Source: an uncultured virus (IMG/VR IMGVR_UViG_3300031227_008032) (lineage: Duplodnaviria; Heunggongvirae; Uroviricota; Caudoviricetes). From it: 64,000 nt of DNA. Position 1 is the stretch's first letter. Every line of letters begins with the position of its first letter. The notes under the pieces are model-generated. The model made no database searches and had not been told where the DNA came from. It was given only the letters and a program-made list of their open reading frames with translations. Below are positions 58,531-64,000 of the stretch, in pieces. The stretch lies in IMG/VR virus record IMGVR_UViG_3300031227_008032; one strand, given 5' to 3'. Position numbers and translations under genes: made by a program.

Positions 58531-60322
58531 ATATCTAAAACAAATAGGAATAGAAGATGTTTTTATGATTGATGGTTCCGCATGTGCTAAGTTATTAGTT
58601 GATATAGCAAATGAATATGGACCGGATCATTGTTACTATCCACTACACGAACAAGCAGGAGCATTCGCAGTAGATGGTTACTATAAAACAAAAAGAAAAA
58701 TGGCTGCAATGGTTGTTACATCAGGACCCGCTGGACAAAATCTTCTTAATGGGCTAGCAGCATCTTACTATGATTCAATACCAGCAATATATTTTACTGG
58801 AAACGTAAACTCAAGATTCCAATGTCAAGATTTAGCTATGAGACAAAGGGGATTCCAAGAATGTGATATTGTTTCGATAGTTAAACCTGTTACCAAGTAT
58901 GCTGTTATGATTACAGACCCAGAAACAATAAAAGCAGAACTAGATAAAGCAATATATTTAGCTACAAACGGACGACAAGGGCCTGTACTATTAGATATTC
59001 CAATGGATATCCAAAGAGCAGAGATAGACCCAAATACACTAAAAGGCTTTACACCTCCAATAAAAGAAGATAAATCAATAGATAGAGAAATAAACAGAAT
59101 AATATCTCTATTAGAAGAATCAGAACGTCCTGCTATATTATTTGGTGGTGGGATATGGTTATCAAATGCTTACAAAGAAGCAAGAACATTAATTGAAAAC
59201 ACAGGTATACCTTACTTTGTAACATGGAATGCTATAGACTTCGGAACACATGATGACATTTACTTTGGAGGACGAGTAGGCACATTTGGCGGAGATGGAA
59301 GAAACTTTGGAATACAAAACTGTGACCTTCTTCTATGTATAGGATCACGAATACCAGGACGAATTACAGGAGGAAAGACAGATGCCTTTGCTCGTGAAGC
59401 AACTAAGATAGTAGTAGACATAGATCAAGCGCTATTAGATAATCAAGATATACACTCAGATCTAAATATAAAATGTGACGCGAAAAGATTTATAAAGTTA
59501 TTACTATATGAAATAAATCACAGACAAGCACTACGTAGCACAGCCTTTATAAACAATATAGAAGACTGGAGATACCGAGTTTGTAATTGGAGAATAAACT
59601 ATCCAGTAGTACAAAATGAATACTATGATCAAAAAGAAAGTGTAAATCCATATGTATTTGTAAAAACACTATCTAATATAGTAGAAGATGCTACAATAGT
59701 AGTAGAAGCTGGAGGTAACTGTGTTGTATCATCACAAGCCTGGGAAACAAAACCAAACCAAAGATTCTTTTCTAATAATGGAAACTCTTCACTTGGATAT
59801 GGTCTTCCAGCAGCAGTAGGAGCAGCAATAGCAGACCCAAGTAAGCCAGTTATATGTATAGTAGGAGATGGCGGTATAAACTTTAACATACAGGAACTAC
59901 AAACAATAGTAAATTATAACCTTCCTATTAAAATAATGATATTCAACAATGGCGGATATGGTATAACAAAGTTATACAGAGATACACACCTAAACTCTAA
60001 CTATGCTGGAGTAGATGCTAATCATGGGGTTAAACTACCTAATCTTATTTCACTGGCTTTTGCTTATGGAATAGAAGGATTAAAAATAAACAATCAAGAC
60101 AACTTAGAAAGAGATATAAAAAGCGCATTAAATACACGAGGACCTATACTGTGTGACATAAACATGAAGGACTTCTATGATTATAAGCCCCGACTTGGAT
60201 GGGATAGCCCAATAGAGGATCAATATCCTTTCTTACCAAGAGATGAATTCAAAGCAAATATGATTATAAAACCTCTTGATGGTTGGGAAGATCCAGTCTA
60301 TCCAGGAAGGATAGGTAAATAA
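58505..60322 (+). CDS. ThDP-dependent acetolactate-synthase-like enzyme (YerE-like, sugar C-branching candidate)
   Basis: HEQAGAFA..GY, VTSGP, GRQGPVLLDIPMD, ThDP motif GDGG...FNNGGYG; embedded in the NDP-sugar cluster. Confidence 0.88.
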   Translation: MTVSEYISKYLKQIGIEDVFMIDGSACAKLLVDIANEYGPDHCYYPLHEQAGAFAVDGYYKTKRKMAAMVVTSGPAGQNLLNGLAASYYDSIPAIYFTGNVNSRFQCQDLAMRQRGFQECDIVSIVKPVTKYAVMITDPETIKAELDKAIYLATNGRQGPVLLDIPMDIQRAEIDPNTLKGFTPPIKEDKSIDREINRIISLLEESERPAILFGGGIWLSNAYKEARTLIENTGIPYFVTWNAIDFGTHDDIYFGGRVGTFGGDGRNFGIQNCDLLLCIGSRIPGRITGGKTDAFAREATKIVVDIDQALLDNQDIHSDLNIKCDAKRFIKLLLYEINHRQALRSTAFINNIEDWRYRVCNWRINYPVVQNEYYDQKESVNPYVFVKTLSNIVEDATIVVEAGGNCVVSSQAWETKPNQRFFSNNGNSSLGYGLPAAVGAAIADPSKPVICIVGDGGINFNIQELQTIVNYNLPIKIMIFNNGGYGITKLYRDTHLNSNYAGVDANHGVKLPNLISLAFAYGIEGLKINNQDNLERDIKSALNTRGPILCDINMKDFYDYKPRLGWDSPIEDQYPFLPRDEFKANMIIKPLDGWEDPVYPGRIGK

Positions 60323-60324
60323 CT

Positions 60325-61317
60325 ATGAGGAACAAGCCACACATTTTATTTGTAACAGAAAAATGGTGTGATACAAATCCAGATATGGGACTATCAAATA
60401 ACTACCATACACTCTTTAACACACTAAGATCAACAGATCTTGCTAGTTTTGATAACTTTTACTATGATGAATGTGTATTAATCAAAAAGTATGATTGTGA
60501 TAAAGCGCTACTAAAAACATGTGAAGAATTAAAACCAGATCTTATTATATTTACACAAATACCAGGCAATCCACTCAACCCAAAGCCAATAACATTTGAA
60601 CTAATAGAAGCAAAACTAAAAATACCAACAGTAGCGATATGGTTTGATTCTGTAAAAGGAGCAGGATCTGATGTAGCACAACATAACGCCTTTTTAGCAC
60701 ACATATTAATAGCAGGAAAACTACATTATGAAAGATACAAAAATCCAATTGTGACATGGGGAGTAGAGGATCCATCAATATTTAACAGCAAACTAGAAGA
60801 CTATCCACCCAAAGACATAGACATAAGTTACATAGGTAGTCTTGGGCATAAACCAATAGGAAGATCACATCTGGCTTCTCTAAAATACGCAGGCATAGCT
60901 GTTATAACAGATGGAGGAACACGAGAACGACCAATACACTTAGAAACATATGCAGACTATTTAAAGAGATCTAAAATCTCTCTTAACTTTCCAAAAGATT
61001 CCCCCATGGTTCCAGACCAACTAAAAGGAAGAACCTTTGAAATTGTATTATGTGAAGCAATGCTATTAGAACCAGAAAATGATGAAACAAAATTATGGCT
61101 AACTCCTTACATAGACTACATACCATACTCTTCAAAGAAAGACTTAATAGAAAAAGCAAAGTATTACATAGCACACAAAAGTGAGAGAAGGACAATTGCA
61201 AGAAGTGGATGCTTCAAAGCAACACAACAGTATAACGCACATGCCTGGTGGAACAAGGTACTATCTGAAATACAAGATGTATATCCAGAACTACCTTATC
61301 AAAGGAGTAACATCTAA
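60325..61317 (+). CDS. Glycosyltransferase (CgeB/GT-B type)
   Basis: KDIDISYIGS...R, Y...L.RSKISLNF, QLKGRTFEI..C.AMLL, DL.EK..YY......R..IA..G. Confidence 0.8.
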   Translation: MRNKPHILFVTEKWCDTNPDMGLSNNYHTLFNTLRSTDLASFDNFYYDECVLIKKYDCDKALLKTCEELKPDLIIFTQIPGNPLNPKPITFELIEAKLKIPTVAIWFDSVKGAGSDVAQHNAFLAHILIAGKLHYERYKNPIVTWGVEDPSIFNSKLEDYPPKDIDISYIGSLGHKPIGRSHLASLKYAGIAVITDGGTRERPIHLETYADYLKRSKISLNFPKDSPMVPDQLKGRTFEIVLCEAMLLEPENDETKLWLTPYIDYIPYSSKKDLIEKAKYYIAHKSERRTIARSGCFKATQQYNAHAWWNKVLSEIQDVYPELPYQRSNI

Positions 61318-62297
61318 TGCCATTCTTTAAAGACAAAACAGTAGTAGTAGCTGGTGGTTCTGGACTTGCTGGAACAGCTATAGTAAGAGCATTACACGCA
61401 GCAGGAGCACAAGTAAAAGCAACTTACCATAACAGACCAATACCAGAAGTATTAGATGGTGTAGTATACCATCAGTGTGATCTTACAAATTTAGACCAAT
61501 GTAAAGACGTAGTAAAAGATTGGCAATATGTTGTAGACGCAGCAGCAGTTGTAGGTAATGCTAAAATTACAGTAGATAATGTACTTAGTTTAGTTAACCC
61601 AAACATACGAATGGGTATAAATATGTTAGAGGCTTCTTACAACGCAGGAGTAGAAAAATTTCTATACTTTGGTAGCTCAACCGCTTATCCAGACGTAGAC
61701 CATCCAGTTAGAGAAGAAGAGATGTTTTCTGGAGATCCATATGACAAATATTTTGAAATGGGTTGGTATAAGCGTTATATAGAAAAACAATGCGAAACCT
61801 ACTCAAGGCTTCCACGGCCAATGACTACAATGGTATTACGACTAGCAAATCTGTATGGACCAAACGACGATTTTAATTTAGATACCTGCCATGCACTTCC
61901 AGCACTGCTGAGAAAAATAGTAGAACACCAAGATCCTCTACAGATATGGGGAGATGGTAAAGAAATAAGAGACTTTACTTATGTAGATGATGTTGCAGAT
62001 GCTACACTATTAGCTTTAGAAAAAATAAATACCTTTGAACAAATAAATATAGGACAAGGGCAAGGCGTATCTATAAACGAGTTCATAGACATTCTTCTTA
62101 AACTAGAAAACTTTAATCCATACAAATGCTATGATACAGCACAACCAACAATGATACCAAAGAGATTAATAAATAATACCAAAGCAAAAGAACTGTTAGG
62201 GTTTACTCCAAAGATACAAATAGAAGAAGGCTTAGATCTAACCTTGACATGGTTTAAACAAAACAAAGACAGGCTTAGAAAAGAAGGAAGAATCTAA
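61317..62297 (+). CDS. GDP-L-fucose-synthase-like C4 reductase/epimerase (Fcl/ColC/Cj1428 type)
   Basis: GGSGLAG.A, DL, AAVVG, GSSTAYP, NLYGPNDDF....HALPAL..K, WGDG...RDF.YVDD.A. Confidence 0.8.
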   Translation: MPFFKDKTVVVAGGSGLAGTAIVRALHAAGAQVKATYHNRPIPEVLDGVVYHQCDLTNLDQCKDVVKDWQYVVDAAAVVGNAKITVDNVLSLVNPNIRMGINMLEASYNAGVEKFLYFGSSTAYPDVDHPVREEEMFSGDPYDKYFEMGWYKRYIEKQCETYSRLPRPMTTMVLRLANLYGPNDDFNLDTCHALPALLRKIVEHQDPLQIWGDGKEIRDFTYVDDVADATLLALEKINTFEQINIGQGQGVSINEFIDILLKLENFNPYKCYDTAQPTMIPKRLINNTKAKELLGFTPKIQIEEGLDLTLTWFKQNKDRLRKEGRI

Positions 62298-63863
62298 ATG
62301 AACAAGCATCTGGATGTAGTATTTATAAATATAGGAAACACTTCAAAGTCTTATCAGACTCTAATAAACGAGTTTGCAGCAATAGAACCACCTATATGGG
62401 CTCTAATGTTAGCAGCATCTGCTCAGAAGCACGGACTATCAGTAGACATTATTGATGGGGATGCAGAAAGATTATCCCCACAAGAAATAGCAACACGAAT
62501 AAAGACTCTAAAACCTACGCTAACTGTAGTTGTAGTATATGGACATAACCCCTCAGCGTCTACTCAACTTATACCCTCAGCACAAGAAGTATGTAATGCA
62601 ATATGTAACCAAACACCAGATCAAGATGTACTGTTAGTAGGTGGTCATATCGCAGCTCTACCTATTAAAAGTCTTGAAGAGATCCAAGCAACATACGCAT
62701 GTGGTGGAGAAGGCTTTGCAACAATCCCAGCATTAGTAAAAGCACTACAAAGTAAAAAGAAAAAAACAAATGATGTACCAGATTTATACTCAAATACTCC
62801 TCAAGGATATATGATACTACCTAATGCTAAAAAAAGGGCTCCTCTTGCGGATATAAACAAAGAAATTACAGATCTTCCTTGGTACCTGTTGCCTATGCAA
62901 AACTACAAAGCACATAACTGGCATTGCTTTGCAAATCCAGATAATAGACAGCCATATGGAACACTATATACCTCACTTGGATGCCCATACAATTGTTATT
63001 TTTGTTGTATACAGGCTCCATTTAGATCAGGAGAGCGCGTATCAAACTATAAATCAAGCAGTTACAGACTATTTGACCCAGAGTATGTATTAAGCCAAAT
63101 AGATACGCTGGTAACAGAATATGGTGTAAGCAATATAAAAATAGCAGATGAATTGTTTCTATGTAATAGAGAACATGTAAAAGCTATATGTGATGGAATC
63201 ATAGACAGAAACTACGACTTAAACATGTGGATATATGCTAGAAGTAACGTCATATGTAATACAGATTTGCTACCTCTAATGAAAAAAGCAGGAATGAACT
63301 GGTTTGGAATTGGAATAGAATCTGGAAACTCAAAAATACTAGAAAGTATTTCTAAAAAAACAAAGGTAGATACTTCAAGAGAAGCAGCACACAAGCTAAG
63401 AAATGAAGGTATCTACATGGCTACAAGCTGGATATTTGGATTACCAGAAGATACTCATGACTCTATGGAAGACACTCTCTCGTTAGCACATGAATTAAAT
63501 ACAGAGTTTGTAAACTTCCATTGTGCCGCAGCGTATCCAGGATCTAAACTATACATTGAAGCAAAAGAAAAAGGATGGCCACTACCTAAAACATGGGGAG
63601 GCTATGCTCAATTTTCAAAAGACTTTATACCACTACCAACAAAATATTTAGATGGTTTAGAGGTATTGAAATTTAGAGATGCTGCTTGGCAAGAATATTA
63701 TTCAGAAAATAACACAGCATATAGGGCAATGATGAAGACTACATTCGGTCCACACATAATTGACCATCTAAATAGAATGACAAAAATAAAACTAGAGAGA
63801 ACATATTTAAATGATTCACAACACGACCCTACCGGGACTGTTCACAGTAAGCTTACCAACTAA
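62298..63863 (+). CDS. Cobalamin-dependent radical SAM enzyme (class B methyltransferase-like)
   Basis: N-terminal B12-binding domain (PPIW...LAA...VGGH); SLGCPYNCYFC; DELF; GIESG; FGLPEDT; YPGS.LY. Confidence 0.9.
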   Translation: MNKHLDVVFINIGNTSKSYQTLINEFAAIEPPIWALMLAASAQKHGLSVDIIDGDAERLSPQEIATRIKTLKPTLTVVVVYGHNPSASTQLIPSAQEVCNAICNQTPDQDVLLVGGHIAALPIKSLEEIQATYACGGEGFATIPALVKALQSKKKKTNDVPDLYSNTPQGYMILPNAKKRAPLADINKEITDLPWYLLPMQNYKAHNWHCFANPDNRQPYGTLYTSLGCPYNCYFCCIQAPFRSGERVSNYKSSSYRLFDPEYVLSQIDTLVTEYGVSNIKIADELFLCNREHVKAICDGIIDRNYDLNMWIYARSNVICNTDLLPLMKKAGMNWFGIGIESGNSKILESISKKTKVDTSREAAHKLRNEGIYMATSWIFGLPEDTHDSMEDTLSLAHELNTEFVNFHCAAAYPGSKLYIEAKEKGWPLPKTWGGYAQFSKDFIPLPTKYLDGLEVLKFRDAAWQEYYSENNTAYRAMMKTTFGPHIIDHLNRMTKIKLERTYLNDSQHDPTGTVHSKLTN

Positions 63864-64000
63864 CTTTGAAGATTTTAGAGGTAGTTTTTTAGAACTATAT
63901 AAAAAAGATACATACAAGAATGAGATACAGCAAGCAACAGGGTTTGATATAGACTTTGTACAAGACAATGCTTCAACATCTACAAAGCATGTACTTAGAG
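63811..64000 (+). CDS. rmlC: RmlC-like NDP-4-keto-sugar 3,5-epimerase, 3'-truncated (not in ORF track)
   Basis: MIHNTTLPGLFTVSLPTNFEDFRGSFLELY...DFVQDNASTSTKHVLR matches the RmlC D.RG.F.E and FVQ.N.S.S...VLRG motifs. Confidence 0.85.
   Translation, partial: MIHNTTLPGLFTVSLPTNFEDFRGSFLELYKKDTYKNEIQQATGFDIDFVQDNASTSTKHVLR

Noticed and set aside
57331..60322. Branched-chain amino acid biosynthesis (ilvB plus aminotransferase)
   Set aside because: No ilvH/N, ilvC or ilvD is present, and both genes are embedded in an NDP-sugar cluster, so sugar tailoring is more plausible.
455..63394. Minus-strand ORFs in the ORF track
   Set aside because: They are antisense shadows of + strand genes or tRNAs, with Leu/Phe/Ser-rich composition typical of the reverse complement of A-rich DNA and no motifs.
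1..64000. Genome-wide TAG recoding (genetic code 15)
   Set aside because: Very long ORFs contain no in-frame TAG, coding density is already near complete under code 11, and paralogs end at TAG at matching positions. Only one clear internal TAG was found.
1..64000. CRISPR array, integrase, IS element, rRNA or group I/II intron
   Set aside because: No regularly spaced repeats, recombinase/transposase motifs or sufficiently long non-coding gaps were seen.

Overview
This window looks like part of a large, contractile-tailed (myovirus-like, probably jumbo) bacteriophage genome. It is low-GC and strongly A-rich, with essentially all genes on the + strand. (1) 1-36.1 kb is a tail/baseplate module: a 5'-truncated >2000-aa hub protein with lytic-transglycosylase and CHAP-like domains, gpV-like spike, gp25-like wedge, baseplate J, paralogous wedge/fibre proteins and a mosaic beta-helix tail fibre. 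A glycosyltransferase with a SEC-C tail sits inside this module. (2) 36.2-50.5 kb is a mixed accessory/replication region: six tRNA or tRNA-like genes, a GHL15-like hydrolase, a cREC receiver protein, transaldolase, a UDP-xylose synthase-like enzyme, an HslV-like protease with a second SEC-C tail, a dNTP-diphosphohydrolase-HNH fusion, dCMP deaminase and a DnaB-like helicase. (3) 50.5 kb to the window end is a contiguous cluster of at least 13 nucleotide-sugar/glycosylation genes. It resembles the Campylobacter capsular GDP-heptose modification pathway, plus a ColD-like 3-dehydratase, a YerE-like ThDP enzyme, two radical SAM enzymes, a methyltransferase and two glycosyltransferases. The best candidate for an undescribed system is phage-encoded synthesis of an unusual (heptose/branched) glycan, possibly for decorating the virion. 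Supporting hints are an identical 12-mer upstream of the baseplate glycosyltransferase and two cluster genes, and Ser-Gly-rich tail proteins. All family assignments come from motif recognition by eye; no database search was run.
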